Source: Eledone cirrhosa
Lineage: Eukaryota
Assembly (NCBI GenBank): GCA_964016885.1
Contig: OZ024745.1
Coordinates: forward strand, 101,432,001 to 101,496,000
DNA length: 64,000 nucleotides
Direction of reading: 5' to 3'
Under the pieces are notes generated by a model that was not told the origin of the DNA, made no database searches, and saw only the letters and a program-made list of their open reading frames with translations. This document shows, in pieces, positions 26,680-40,830 of the stretch. Positions within the stretch are counted from its first letter, which is position 1; each line of letters opens with the position of its first letter. Position numbers and translations under genes: made by a program.

Positions 26680-27624
26680 ACCGATTCCTCTAAAAGCGAA
26701 AAAGCAAATTACGAAAAATTTAATTCAAATATTTTTCTCTTTTCATTTCCTATAAATTTTGTAATGTAATGCCTGACTATTTACTGTTTGGGTGGGCATT
26801 ATGATCCAATAATAGCACTTTAGTGGAAGTATGAAGCCCACCAGCCACGAAGAGTGATGGTTTCATGAAATCAGTGACAAACCAGCAAGTAAGCCAGATT
26901 GAGAGATGAAAAGATTCATGTCACACTGGAAAAAGGAACAAATTAATTATGGGCATTTTAAAGAGAGAAAAACAAAAAAACAAAAACTTTAGGTATATTC
27001 TTGACTATTTAATATATCTATCAAGTTCAGGAGTGACCATTTATTCCTATATCAAATATAACAACTTGATTCAACATCGCTGGTTTTAAAAAGTGCCTTT
27101 TTCAATTAACTTCCAAGAAAACATTGAGTATGTTGAAATATAATATTCAGTCCCAAGATATTAATTTGGAGATAGACAGCTGTATTTGTGTGTGAGACTG
27201 AGTTTCGTATGAATAATTAAGTTTAAAATGGAAGTACATATAATACATTCATGAGATTTTATGATTTCTTGCATAAGTAATTGTAATTGATCAAAGGGAA
27301 GACAAGAACTCTAGAAAATATAATGAATAGTTTTACTGACAGATACCAACCACTGCTAAGAGTTATATATTATAATCAAAATAATATAACCAGCAATATA
27401 AAGACGACAAGAGAATGGAGAAGAAAATTTTGCTTCAGTTGTCATTGATTAGGCCATTGTCACAAACAATGACACAGGATCGAGATCTTTGGCATTAGGC
27501 AGTAATGCAGAAGACACGCTTTCACATGCGTACAGACTCAAACATAGTAGGCACCTCTTAACCACTATACCTCCACCCACACACTCCTGTCCACACCACC
27601 CTTACACTGAACAAAACATTGACA

Positions 27625-29125
27625 GCCCACACTATAAAGTGGTCGTGTAGTGTGACGTCAAAAAGCATCCAGCTCACACTGTAAAGTGGTTGTGTAGGTG
27701 TCACAACAAAAAGCACCCAGCCCACACTGTAAAGTGGTCATGTAGGTGTCACAACAAAAAGCACCCAGCCCACACTGTAAAGTGGTCATGTAGGTGTCAC
27801 AACAAAAAGCACCCAGCCCACACTGTAAAGTGGTCATGTAGGTGTCACAACAAAAAGCACCCAGCCCACACTGTAAAGTGGTCGTGTAGGTGTCACGACA
27901 AAAAGCACCCAGCACACACAGTAAAGTGGTCATGTAGGTGTCACGACAAAAAGCACCCAGCACACACAGTAAAGTGGTCATGTAGGTGTCACAACAAAAA
28001 GCACCCAGCCCACACTGTAAAGTGGTTGTGTAGGTGTCACGACAAAAAGCACCCAGCACACACAGTAAAGTGGTCATGTAGGTGTCACAACAAAAAGCAC
28101 CCAGCCCACACTGTAAAGTGGTCATGTAGGTGTCACAACAAAAAGCACCCAGCCCACACTGTAAAGTGGTCGTGTAGGTGTCACAACAAAAAGCACCCAG
28201 CACACACAGTAAAGTGGTCATGTAGGTGTCACAACAAAAAGCACCCAGCCCACACTGTAATGTGGTTGTGTAGGTGTCACGACAAAAAGCACCCAGCACA
28301 CACAGTAAAGTGGTCATGTAGGTGTCACAACAAAAAGCACCCAGCACACACAATAAAGTGGTCATGTAGGTGTCACAACAAAAAGCACCCAGCACACACA
28401 GTAAAGTGGTCATGTAGGTGTCACAACAAAAAGCACCCAGCCCACACTGTAAAGTGGTCATGTAGGTGTCACAACAAAAAGCACCCAGCCCACACTGTAA
28501 AGTGGTCGTGTAGGTGTCACGACAAAAAGCACCCAGCACACACAGTAAAGTGGTCATGTAGGTGTCACGACAAAAAGCACCCAGCACACACAGTAAAGTG
28601 GTCATGTAGGTGTCACAACAAAAAGCACCCAGCCCACACTGTAAAGTGGTTGTGTAGGTGTCACGACAAAAAGCACCCAGCACACACAGTAAAGTGGTCA
28701 TGTAGGTGTCACAACAAAAAGCACCCAGCCCACACTGTAAAGTGGTCATGTAGGTGTCACAACAAAAAGCACCCAGCCCACACTGTAAAGTGGTCGTGTA
28801 GGTGTCACGACAAAAAGCACCCAGCACACACAGTAAAGTGGTCATGTAGGTGTCACAACAAAAAGCACCCAGCACACACAATAAAGTGGTCATGTAGGTG
28901 TCACAACAAAAAGCACCCAGCACACACAGTAAAGTGGTCATGTAGGTGTCACAACAAAAAGCACCCAGCCCACACTGTAAAGTGGTCGTGTAGGTGTCAC
29001 GACAAAAAGCACCCAGCCCACACAGTAAAGTGGTCATGTAGGTGTCACAACAAAAAGCACCCAGCTCACACTGTAAAGTGGTTGTGTAGGTGTCACGACA
29101 AAAAGCACCCAGCACACACAGTAAA
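27625..29125 (+). repeat. 48-bp minisatellite (about 31 units) amplified from an RTE 3' UTR segment
   Basis: Unit cacactgtaaagtggtcatgtaggtgtcacaacaaaaagcacccagcc. It runs directly into the RTE tail at 29125-29280. Confidence 0.95.
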
Positions 29126-29280
29126 TGTGGTTGGTGTTAGGAAGGGCATCAGTCGTAGAAACCTAGCCAGAAACAGTTCTATATGAGTAAGACATGGTCA
29201 ACTGACCCAACTTGCCTCAAATGGGACAACCCGTCTAACCAATGCTAGCGTGGAAAATGGACGTTAAATGATGATGATGA
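29125..29280 (+). mobile_element. RTE 3' tail
   Basis: ggttggtgttaggaagggcatc...ggacgttaaatgatgatg. Confidence 0.85.
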
Positions 29281-29384
29281 TTGTCAGTCCTGATCGATCA
29301 CGTCTATCATCTGAAAGATTCCAGTTGACTATCCCTTCTTTTAATATTATCAAACATTTCATTGCTTTTTTCTTTTCTTTTTTT

Positions 29385-30440
29385 GAAAATGAACAAAATT
29401 TTGCATCGTGGTGTTATCAAGTACCTAAGGACATTCATGTTGACATCGTTGCAACATTAGAAAATGACGCTCCAGCTTTATCAACAGTGCAAAATTGGGC
29501 AGCTGAATTTAAGAGGGAAAGTGAGACTCTTGAAGATGATGCAAGATCTGGACGTCCTGCAACTGCCACTACCAAGGAAAATATTAATCCTGTTCCCCAC
29601 ATGGTGATGAATGACAAGTGATTGCATGAGAGAGTTGAAAATATTCTGCACAATGAACTTGGCATGGTGAGGGTTTCTGCTCAGTGGGTTCCAAGTCTTT
29701 TGACACCTGATCAAAAGCACACCAGCCTGATCACATCATGAGAAAATCTGACATTGTTTGAGGCAGATCCAGCTGGTTTCCTTGAACGTTTTCTAATGCA
29801 CGATGAGTGTTGGCCAGGGCCAGAGACAGAAACAGAGACAATCCATGCAGTGGTAACACTCCTCTTCACTTGCTACAAAGAAGGCCAAGGTCGTTTCATC
29901 TGTAGGTAAGGTGATGACCTCTTTTTCAGGATGTAAAAGGCATTGTGTTTATTTACTTCAAAAGAGCCACACCATCAATGGAGAGTACTATATCAACTTG
30001 CTGAGGCAGTTAGAAAAGGCTACCAAAACCAAATGCCCAGGAAAACTGATGAAAGGTGTCTTGTTTCATCAGGACAATGCTCCGGCACACAAGTCTTTGC
30101 TTTCAATGGCTGCTGTGCATGACTGTGGCTTTGAACTGGTTGATCACCCTCCCTATTCTACTGATTAGACCCCATCTGACTATCATCTGTTCCCCAACAT
30201 GGAAAAACACTTGGCTGGGAACCAGTATTACAGTGATGATGATGTCATATCTGTTGTTGATGACTTTTTTTACCATCAGGATAAAAAGCTTCTTCACCAA
30301 TGGGATTCAAGCACTGCAACACCAATTGAAGAAGTGTATGAACCACAAGGAGGTGGGGGATGAGCTATGTTGAAAAATAAAGCTCATTTGGTTACATTCC
30401 ATGAGAGTATCATGGTTAGCATATGAACTTTTTAGACGTA
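29385..30440 (+). mobile_element. Mariner (D,D34D) transposase pseudogene
   Basis: NWAAEFKR..TLEDDARSGRP, WVP.LLTPDQK, HDECW, FHQDNAPAH, HPPYSTD..PSDYHLFPNM; many stops and frameshifts. Confidence 0.92.
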
Positions 30441-30783
30441 AAGGGTAAAGGGTAAAAAAACCCTATAGTCACGAGTAACCATAGGTTTTGTATCTAAAGA
30501 GTTCCCCTCCGAGGCACAAGTCCAGGCAAGGTTGTTTGTGGAAGACCAGCAGTCGCCCATGCATACCAGACTCCCATCTCCACGACACCGATGTTGTTCA
30601 AAGGAAAGGCTTTTGCCAATTCAGCTTGGCACCAGTGACATCGCAACTCATTTCTACAGCTCAGTGAACTGGAGCATCGTGAAATAAAGTGTTTCGCTCA
30701 AGGACATAAAACATCACCTGGTCTGAGAATTGAACTCACAAACTCCTGATTGCAAGCCCAACACTCTAACCATGAAGTACATG
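30440..30783 (-). mobile_element. CORE-type SINE with an alternative 3' tail ending in (TTTACC)n
   Basis: Head and core match family A at about 30647-30783; 30440-30646 is unrelated to the family A tail. Confidence 0.8.
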
Positions 30784-30978
30784 TATTTATATAATAAAAA
30801 CAGAGTGTAACTCAGTGACATTGAAGACACTGCAGCTATCCAATTAGATGTCTGTTACTAAGATTGTGCCAAGTTTTACACGAATGTTACAAACTTAGAA
30901 AGGAACCGTTGTCAGTTTAAGACCCTATCAATGCCACAAAACCACAAGTGAGACCTTTTACAGTGAGTAATTGATAAC

Positions 30979-31010
<32 letters not shown>

Positions 31011-31069
31011 AACAAGCACATAAATCAAGTTAGAGACAAAGGGAAGGTGCAGCATGAGAAATGCTGAAT

Positions 31070-31183
<114 letters not shown>

Positions 31184-31586
31184 CACAGCAGTGTTTTACA
31201 CTCTAGTATTCAGTAAGTTGAGAGATATTAGGAAACCATTTAATTCTGTTGTTTTCTAATTATCAACACTAGACAACTGAATTGACTGTTTCTCTTCAGC
31301 ACAGGAAAGGCTTGCCGGTAGGGGAAAAAGAGGGGTTTTACAGAGTAACTTGGCATGTTCTCACTCCTATCTTGTGTAATTAGAAGAGAAGTCTTGTTGT
31401 CAGCTATAAAATCACAGCACAGTTCCTGCACAAGCCTCTTGCAAATCTTTGCTCTGTGCAAAGCCAATAAGAGCTTAAGTGTTAGTATAATTATCATTAT
31501 CAAGTGCTATCAAAGTCAGTTATGAAGTGACTAGTCATTGGGGAGGAAAGAGATAGAGTGGAGAATGGGAGGAGGTGGAGAGGGGG

Positions 31587-31665
<79 letters not shown>

Positions 31666-32764
31666 CACAAACAGTTGATAACTACTCATAAGAATTTGGC
31701 AAGAAAAGAAGATGCCATTAGAACCGGTATGGCAAAAGTTAATAATACCTGCAGGGTGGTAGTCAGTTGGCAGGATTTGAAAATAAGTAGGCAGATATGT
31801 GAATAAAAGGATAGATTTGAAGAAGGATGGTGTGGACAAGTCAGACATCATAATGCAAAAGAGATTAAACTCCACATTTCCTAACTTAAGTAGACCTAGG
31901 AGGAGGTGATGAAAGATACCAAGAAAATTACAATGTTTGCTATAAAATTCTTAAGATTATACATACAATCACACATACACACACATATGTGTGTGTATAT
32001 ATATATATATGTGTGTGTGTGCATATATATATACGTGTGTGTGTGTGCATGTGCATATACATGTGTGAATACATACACATATATAAGTATATATATATAT
32101 ACACACACATAGACAGGCACACACACACACAAAGAGAGAGAGAGAGATGAGAGAGAGAAAGGGGGAGAGGAGAGAGAGAAATAAATACACAAAAAAAAAA
32201 TTATAATCTAAATAAGATTTTTTTTTTCCATTTCTTAAATAACAATAATAATTAATGTGAAATTTGCTAGCAGAGAGCTTGGTACCATATTTTAAAAAAA
32301 CCTGAGAAGAAATTCTATTTACTGTTCAGTGAAAAACATCAACTTTAGATTTTAGTTTTGGTTTCTTGTTTTGAGTTATCATAATGAGGAATGTTTTTAT
32401 GTATTATTTTTACAGATTTGCTTCACAAAACAAGATGGAGTTATAAAACAGAAAAGGCAGTGATGATGAAGCTATCCTTAAGTTCAAGAACTAAGTATTG
32501 AAGGTAGTGATCTGTAAATAATATTCCAATGAATTCTTCTTCCATAAGAGTTTGGTAAACATTTTTGGAAGCAGGTGGAACTGGAAATGTTTTTGAGAGT
32601 CTTTTGGGTCAAGAGGAATTAGAAGTATGAAATCATAATTCTACATGACTTGTTTGTTAAATTTTACTTGTTGCTTTTTAGTGGTGGTGATGTGGTAGTT
32701 ATTTTGGTGTTGTGTTATAATTATTGTTGGTACTGGGCGTGCTGTATATATACACCTTCAGTTA

Positions 32765-33050
32765 AAGTGTCCATGAAACATATACAGCAGGTCCAAACAC
32801 AACAGAACCAAACTCCCACTGTCATCGTCTCCGTCACTCCCGCTTACCTCAACTCTCACTATTATGAGCAAATGGGGGCCCACACGCTGGTCGCCCTGCA
32901 GCTCTGGAAGACAGAATAGAGAAAGCTTTTCCCAAGAGGATGGTGAAGGAGACACACACAAGAAAAAGCCATTCCAGCTTGCAAGGCTCATACCTGTGAG
33001 TAGAGAGAGGTGGCCCCAGGGCCAAGGACATCAGAAGTCTCCAACTCTCA
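32765..33050 (-). mobile_element. Second CRE-like 3' fragment
   Basis: The reverse complement matches 12920-13240 (KLEWLF..SFTILLGKAFSIL). Confidence 0.72.
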
Positions 33051-33115
33051 TGTTTTACATTTTCAACATTTAACATAAAGTGACATGAAATATAACAAAA
33101 AGTGAAAGCCTTTCT

Positions 33116-33301
33116 TAATAATTGTTTCTACTTTTTGGCACAAGGCCAGCAATTACCCAATGCATTACTGGTACTTTATTCTATCGACCCCGGAAGGATG
33201 AAAGGCAAAATTAACCTCAGCGGGATTTGAACTCAGATCATACAGGGAGGTAACTCTATGCTTCAAAGCATGGCATCCGATCCTCTACCGATACTGCCAA
33301 T
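33116..33301 (-). mobile_element. SINE family B with TSD
   Basis: TSD ctttcttaataat on both sides. Confidence 0.88.
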
Positions 33302-33437
33302 CTTTCTTAATAATGTAACTACGAGGGGTAGAATATTCTTGCTAATAATGTAAATTGAAAGTTAGTTTTGTTTTCATGAAAGAAAATATTTCTTTTACTA
33401 TAAAACTCTTCCTTTTCCTTCTCCTCCTCCTCATCAC

Positions 33438-33666
33438 TTAACCATTTAGCATTTACATTACTCTATAATTACTATTGTATTTTTGTGGTAAAGGTTTTAT
33501 CTTACATAATTATCTCACATAGTATCAAATCTATTAGATTTTGATGTTATTTATTTTGAGAACAACACCTTAACATCAGTATGAATGGCCAGTTATGGTC
33601 GGTTTGAACAGAAAAAGGCGAGAGCATTCTGGCCGGATACAGCTGGTTTAAATGCTAAAGGGTTAA
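33438..33666 (-). mobile_element. piggyBac-like MITE
   Basis: ttaa-ccatttagcattta...taaatgctaaaggg-ttaa. Confidence 0.87.
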
Positions 33667-35419
33667 TGGCTGAAATCAAGAAAAGAGTAAAATTTCTCTA
33701 GTTATCTAAATGGAATAAAACAGTTTGGTAGCTGCTTAACTTGTTATAAATAGCAAAGAAATCTCCCTCAAATCACAGGAGGGATAGGCTAGATATACTA
33801 TGCTTGAAAACAAGAGGGGGTGATCACAGCAAGAAGGTTTTTGATTATAGGTTTTTCTGCAATTAGAATTGACCTGGGGCTAAATAAAAACAGTTTGGAA
33901 CACAGTATATTGATGTGCTGGTTAGGAATACCTTCCTTTGAATTCAAAAATAATTATTTTGGAATAGAAAATCAACATATCTTTTATGATTAAAGATTCC
34001 CGAAATTACAATGAGGAGGGAGTGTTAAATATAAATAAATAAACAAAACAAATTAATTAATCAATTAAAAAAAAACATTAAAAAAAAAAATGTCTTATAA
34101 AGCTGGTTTCAAAAAGTAGAAAAAATAGTCATAAAAGATTGAGAAATAATATAAATAGGATTTGAGTGTTAAAATTTATGTCTTTAAGGGCATGGAATGC
34201 CAATAGTGAATAAATAAATACATATAAAAACAATCAGTAGGTGAAGCAGAAGATAAGTTTATGAATGGATTGATGAAAGGGAATGGCTGTAAGACACCAT
34301 CAGAAACAAACAAGTAATTATAAACAAAATAGTGTAATTAGAATATAATATTGAATACATTTTGTTACTGTCGGCATTGTTGTTGCTCTTATTGTTGATG
34401 TCAATGTTAATGAATGAAATCACCAAAGAGAAGTACATAAATACAAACAATTCCACTCCGGAAGGAACAGTTGTCCACATAATAAACTGAATTCAACTTT
34501 ATAAAACTGAATTCAACTTCAGACTAACAAGTCTTCCCTTCTCATATTCTCCATCTTTCTCTCTTGCCTTCTTTCTATATATATATATATATATATTTTT
34601 TTTTTCCCTTTCACATTCTTGTTATTGTTGAAAGGAGCAATGAGGCAAGATGAGGTAAACAAGCTGATTACATCAAATTATCAATTGAATCATCCGCCAA
34701 AGGGGAAGTAATGGGGAAATGAAGACGAATGAATTTAAATTAATTTCTATGGACGGAGTTATCCCAAAGGTCACAGAGTACAAAAGCAGAAGCCAACAAT
34801 AATGGTGACATTGTGGATGTAAACTACAGATAAACATAGTCATATATAACTAATAGGTACTCCCATTATAATCTTAGTTTACTAGAGATCTGAGCTACTG
34901 TTTATTGATGGTTGGCATTACAAAACGAAGAAAGCATCTACATGATCAGTTGACCTGCTAAAACACATCAGCCAAATCTCCTTCAAACATTACATGACAG
35001 CAGCGGTGGCCCAAAAAGTTTGAGAACCTCTGTACTAAAATATCAAAAGATAATTGAGATAATGTAACACAGGATTAAACAGCACCCTTCTAGAGTCATT
35101 AGTCTTGGGTAAGGTAGCCTCAATAATAAGGAAGTATATGAAACATATTATGAGCAAATGGCAAACAATTCTGCAGATGCAGACAAGAAGGAACAATAGA
35201 AACTAAAGGTAAGGGTTGGCAGAAATACCAAATTGAAGGTAATGAGTAAGAGTTATGATATTCTTAATTGGATATTAAACTAATTGGATATTAAAATAAT
35301 TAACAAGACTTAACAGAAAAAAAAAACAAGAAAAATAATGACTTCATTTAGAATACATTACCTGAAATCTGATAGAGAGAGAGATTATAATTACAACAAA
35401 TACAGATTTTAAGGAAAAA

Positions 35420-35615
35420 ACCAGCAGGTAGGAGACCCAGGGGTAGACTCCGAGCAAGATGGTTGGATAACATCCATAAGCTTGACTGGTCATGCTCGGG
35501 GTCCACACAGATCAGTTGGAGACAGCTGCTTCTGATAGGACCTTCTGGAAGGAGTGTTTGAGGACTCTTCCCCCATGACCCTCTCAGGAATAAATGGGAG
35601 AAGAAGAAAAGTAAG
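35420..35615 (+). mobile_element. 3' end of another RTE family
   Basis: GRRPRGRLRARWLDNIHKL; matches 36785-36950. Confidence 0.7.
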
Positions 35616-35629
35616 GAGAAACTATTTGC

Positions 35630-36530
35630 AATTAAAAAACATGGTGAGAAAAGTTTCTACATGACCAATACCTGAAAAAGCTGAATAGGGTGGAAGTAGA
35701 CAAAGAAAATTCACAACACTAGATGAGAAGCACAGCATTGCAAACCGAGACTGAATGATTCTTGATTGCAGCTGAATATATGATGGGGAAGAAACAACTA
35801 ACCACATCATTTTCGGATGCTCAGTCCTCTCTAAAGCTGTCATACAGTTGGGATTTACATACACTAGAAGTTATGCCAACGTTATGAAATAACCATAGAA
35901 AAGATGTGGTAAGGGTCTATGCCAGAAAAGGTTTCCGGGAAGGGCAAAGCAACCATTCTCTGGGATATATGAATACACAGGCATGGAGAGCAAGATTAAT
36001 TAACCAGATACTATTATCAAAGACAATGAAACAAATTAATGTCTCTTAAGCCTTTAGCATTTAAACCGGCTGTATCCGGCCAGAATTCTCTCACCTTCCT
36101 CTGTTCAGACCAGCCATAACCAGCCACTCATACTTATGTTAAGGTATTGTTCTCAAAATAAATAACATCAAAATCCTGTAGATTCGATATTATGTGAGAT
36201 AAAGCCTTTACCACAAAAATAATACAATAGTATATATAGAGTAATGTAAATGCTAAAGGGATAACAGTCATATCAATATCAACAGATGATAAAATATCTC
36301 TCAAATACATGGAGAAATTATCTAAATATAAACACCTGAAAATAGAGATAACCTGAATGTGGATGCTGAAAACAAAAACAAACTCTATCATAAAAGGTTC
36401 TCTGAAAAAAATGAAAAAAATGCACCATAAAATGCATGAGCAGAACCCTAGAACTTACAAATATGCACATCATATAGAAAAAGAACTACTAGGTACTGCA
36501 TGCTTGTTACAGAGTACTTTAAATACAATA
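35630..36530 (+). mobile_element. Degenerate R4/Dong-like non-LTR retrotransposon (zinc knuckle + RLE), interrupted by a MITE
   Basis: EETTNHIIFGCSVL, KATILWD, PDTIIKD, EKLSKYKHLKIEI..MW, LLGTACLL. Confidence 0.72.
36046..36264 (+). mobile_element. piggyBac-like MITE
   Basis: TIR cctttagcattta/taaatgctaaaggg. Confidence 0.85.
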
Positions 36531-36659
36531 CAAACAACCTCACCAAAACAAAACACTGGCCATAGCCAAAGCTCAGAGCTGTGCTCAGTGATTCAGTAAT
36601 AACATGCATTAAAAATAAAACTACCGAATAATAAAAACAGCAAACAGGCACGCAGCTCA

Positions 36660-36960
36660 GAGATCGGAGAGTCACTTCAGGTAGAGCCACTATTTCTCCG
36701 AATTGAGAGATTACAGCTCCGATATTATGGGCATGTGGTTAAAATGTCTCAGGAAAGAATCACTGTACAGATTTTACGGGTAAAACCAACTGGTAGGAGA
36801 CCAGCAAGATAGTTGGATAACATCCATAAGCTTGGGGATCTAACCGCATCAGTTGGAGATGGTTGCTTCTGACAGGACCCGCTGGAAGGTGTTTGATGAC
36901 TCTGACCCCATGACCCTCTCAGGAATAAGTGGGAGAAGAAGAAAAAGAAGAAAAAGAAGC
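36660..36960 (+). mobile_element. RTE 3' end with (AAG)n tail
   Basis: LRIERLQLRYYGHVVKMSQERIT..ILRVKPTGRR. Confidence 0.75.
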
Positions 36961-37406
36961 AAACAATAATAAGAAATAATAATAAAGGTTTCTACAAAGA
37001 AACCCAACTTTTATAATCAAGTTCTATAACTGAGTATTTATTATTAGTTTATATTAATTCTGAACTATCAAAATATCATAATTAGTGACTATTAATAATT
37101 GCATTCCTTACACTAGAAGGATTTCATTCTAAAAGTAAAATCTTATTATATCTAACTAAGTTATAAATATTCAGCAACAAATATAACATCGCTGGGAGAT
37201 TTTGTAATGTATATGGCATCTTCTGTAATAGCTACAATTTTACTTTGAGTAAGATATATTTATGTATTAAGTGGGTAATATTTATAGACACACATTACAC
37301 CTTTAGAGTCCACTCACACATACGCTTCACAGATACACACTCATTTATAAACATATTCAAATGCAACTACATGCCAGTATATAAGTGTATGCAGACTCGC
37401 ACACAC

Positions 37407-38650
37407 ATCATCATCATCGTTTAACGTCTATCTTCCACGCTAGCTTGGGTTTAGACAGGAATTGTCCCACTTGAGGCAAGATTGGTTGTCTTGCTCGTGT
37501 AGGACTGTCTGGCAGGTTTGCTACGGCTGGATGCCCTTCCTAACACCAACCACATTTACAGTGTGGACTGGGAGGTTTTGACCATGTTACCTACACGGCC
37601 ACATTACAGCGAGGACTGTGTTTTTTATCGTGCCACCTACACGATCTCATTTATTTAGGACTGGATGTTGTGGTACCAACATAACTTTACAGCGAAAGGG
37701 GTGGTGTAGATGGGGGTGGGAGGATAGATTAGGGGTAGTGGATTGAGGGTGTATTTTAGTTAAGAGAGGCTTACTGCCTGTATGTTTCGCTTTGTACTTA
37801 GGCAAGGCGGGTCTTCTGTATTACTGTGTAGCGCCAAAGATCTTGGTCCAGTGACATTGTCTTGGAGAGGTGTAAGTGTGTAAGGTCGAAATTTATCAAA
37901 TCGTCCCTAGTTTTTCTGGGTCTACCTACTCTGTAGCTACCATCTATTTTGATCGCCCTGCACTTTTTTATACAGCTGTCATCTTTCATGCGCATCACGT
38001 GACCATACCAACGTAGTCTTCTCTCGAGTAAACAGCATCTGATGCCTCTTATTCCTAATTTCTCACTTAGTTCATTTATGCTTTGCCGTTCACGTATATT
38101 ACTATTACACATCCAACGGAGCATGCAAGCTTCATTCCTCTCCAGTCTTCGCAGATCCTCTGCACACAATGCCCATGTCTCACTGCCATGTAACATTGCT
38201 GTTCATATGCAGGCATCATACAGTCTGCCTTTTATTTTTAGAGAGAAACCTTTAGCGGCCAATAGTGGTATAAGCTCTCTGAACTTTTTCCATCCCGTTC
38301 TGACTCTAGCTACTGTACTTTCAGAGCACCCTCCATCACTGCTGATTTTGTCACCCAGGTAACAGAATGTGTCCACTATTTCTATAGAACCATCTGGGCA
38401 ATGGAAGGAGCTAGTATCCTGTGGGCACTTGCTACTACTTATTGCACCTGAGCACCGGCCACATATAAAATCTATGTTCTTAGTTAGCTTACCTGTGATC
38501 CCACTACATCTTTTATGCACCCATACTTTGCATTTGGGACATAAATGGAGTTTCTGCCTACTCCTTTCCTACACACTGAGCATGGCCATTTCCCACAGGG
38601 GACCAGTACCCTATTTTCCTTCCTTATTACTAGCACTTTAGTTTTAGACA
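37407..38650 (-). mobile_element. 5'-truncated RTE LINE (same family as 1-1568)
   Basis: ORFs 38203-38520 and 37798-38196 are highly similar to the 1-1260 protein; (GAT)n tail. Confidence 0.93.
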
Positions 38651-38694
38651 AACACACACACACACACACACACATATATATGCATGTGTATATC

Positions 38695-39000
38695 GTCATC
38701 ATCACTGTTTAACATCGATTTTTCCATGCTAGCATAGATTAGAGTAGTTGTCCAATTGTGAAACAAGTCTGATCAGATGACCATGTCTTGCTTACACAGA
38801 TCTGTTTCTGGCTTGGTTTCTATGGCTGGATGTCCTTCCTAACACCAACCATATTTAAATGGACAGGGAGCTTTTTATCACGGTATCAAAATGACCAACT
38901 GATATGTTGGACTGGGTGCTTTTTGTGAAGTCACCAATACGATTGCTTTACAGGGTGGACTGGGTGCCTTTTGTCATGTCGCTGACATGACCACTTCGCC
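38695..39000 (-). mobile_element. RTE 3' UTR fragment
   Basis: Tail match on the minus strand. Confidence 0.7.
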
Positions 39001-39918
39001 TGTTAGCAAGGGATGGATGGGTCTACATAGACCAAATCTTCCCAGGTAGGCTAAGGGGTCTGCGTCTGGATTACATATAGTCATATGTTCTATCAAGTGC
39101 AGAGGAGAAGTTCTTGTGTATTTTTACACAAACTGAAGGGTCTTCCCAACCTCTTGTTTGGCAAGCTGGATACTCTTGCTAAAACCAACCACTTTACAGC
39201 ACTGTGGAGGTTGTCATGTCCTTGACACAACTAAAGGGCCCTCCCAGCTCTTTGTTTTGCAAGCCTACAGCTGGATGCCCTTTCTATAAACAACCACTTT
39301 ACACCATGTACTGGGTGCATTTCTCATGTAGATCACAAACACTAGGGAGATTGTTATGCCCTTGACATGGCTGAGATGGTTTCTACAGCAGTAGGAGGGG
39401 GTGAGGGGCTTCCCATTGCTTACACCCTTAAAGAGTGTACCAGGTACATTTTTATGGCACCATAACTAGAGTGGTTGTTGGTCATATATTCAACTATAGA
39501 GCCCTCTCTGTTCTGAGGAGGGGGCAATAGGGGAGGGAGACAGGCATGAAGTTATATGTGTATGATTTGGCAGGGCAATGGGTAAGAGGTAAGGGTGGAT
39601 GATCAGTGTATGGGGAGAGGTGAGATGTAGTGGTGTGAGGGATATGGTCAATAAGGTGGGGGAAGATGGAGAGATAGGTAAGGGGGTAAGGGATGAGTAA
39701 GGGGTAGGGGTAGTAATTAGTGTATGGGGGGAGTAGATATACTGGTGTGGGGAATATGGTAGATAGAGTTTGGGTGTGGTGGAGAGATAGGTAAGGGAGG
39801 ATGGGAAAGAAGTGTTGGTGGGGATAAACCTTTGATTTGGATTCCTGCATGCTGTTGACTTTAATAACATGTTAAGCTTGACACCCCTTACCAAAATAAT
39901 AATAGATTATTCCACTCT

Positions 39919-40013
<95 letters not shown>

Positions 40014-40170
40014 TAATGTTAAATGTCCCATAAAAGATGAAAGTGGTAGATTCAAATTAAAAACAATGTTTTATTATTACATTTATTTTGGATCCAAGTG
40101 ATAAACAGTGTTTTATGATTTCTGACATTCACACATACATACATATACAGACAGATGGGTGTGTGTATGC

Positions 40171-40202
<32 letters not shown>

Positions 40203-40309
40203 GATGACGATATACATATCTATCTGTATGTAAATGTGCGTATAATACTTCTCGTTATGTATATATATATATAGTGGATATATTAGTGGATGTTTGTGTG
40301 TTTCTATCA

Positions 40310-40830
40310 AACTAGGTAGAGAGAGAGGAGGTAGGGGAGAGAGGAGAAAGAGAGAGGAGTTGAGAGAGAGAGGTGAGAGAGACAGAGGAGGTAAGGGAGA
40401 GAGGAGAGAGGAGAGAGAGAGAGAGAGAGAGAGAGAAGGTAGGGGAGAGAGGAGAAAGAGCGAGGAGTTGAGAGAGAGAGGTGAGAGAGAGAGAGAGGAG
40501 GTAAGGGAGAGAGAATGTAGGTGAGAGAAAGAGAGAGGAGGTAGGAGAGAGAGAGGAGGTAACAGAGAGAGATAAACACACAAAAAAGAGAGAGAAAGAG
40601 AGAGGAGGTAGGGGAGAGAGGGAGAGGAGGTAAGAGAGAGAGAGATAAACACACAAAAAAAAGAGAGAGAAAGAGAGAGGAGGTAGGGGAGAGAGAGAGA
40701 GGAGGTAAGAGAGAGAGAGATAAACACACAAAAAAAAGAGAGAGAAAGAGAGAGGAGGTAGGGGAGAGAGAATGTAGATGAGAGAGAGAGAGAGAAGGTA
40801 GAAGAGAGAGAGGAGGTGGGGAGAGAGATG
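40310..40830. repeat. Purine-rich compound (GA)n repeat
   Basis: Repeated gaggaggtag...(ga)n units. Confidence 0.85.

Noticed and set aside
27658-29186. Two long ORFs (485 and 498 aa) as real Cys/His-rich proteins
   Set aside because: They arise from a 48-bp satellite of LINE UTR origin and have no unique domains or splice context.
29385-30440. Domesticated SETMAR-like gene
   Set aside because: It has multiple stops and frameshifts and no SET domain; it is an ordinary dead mariner.
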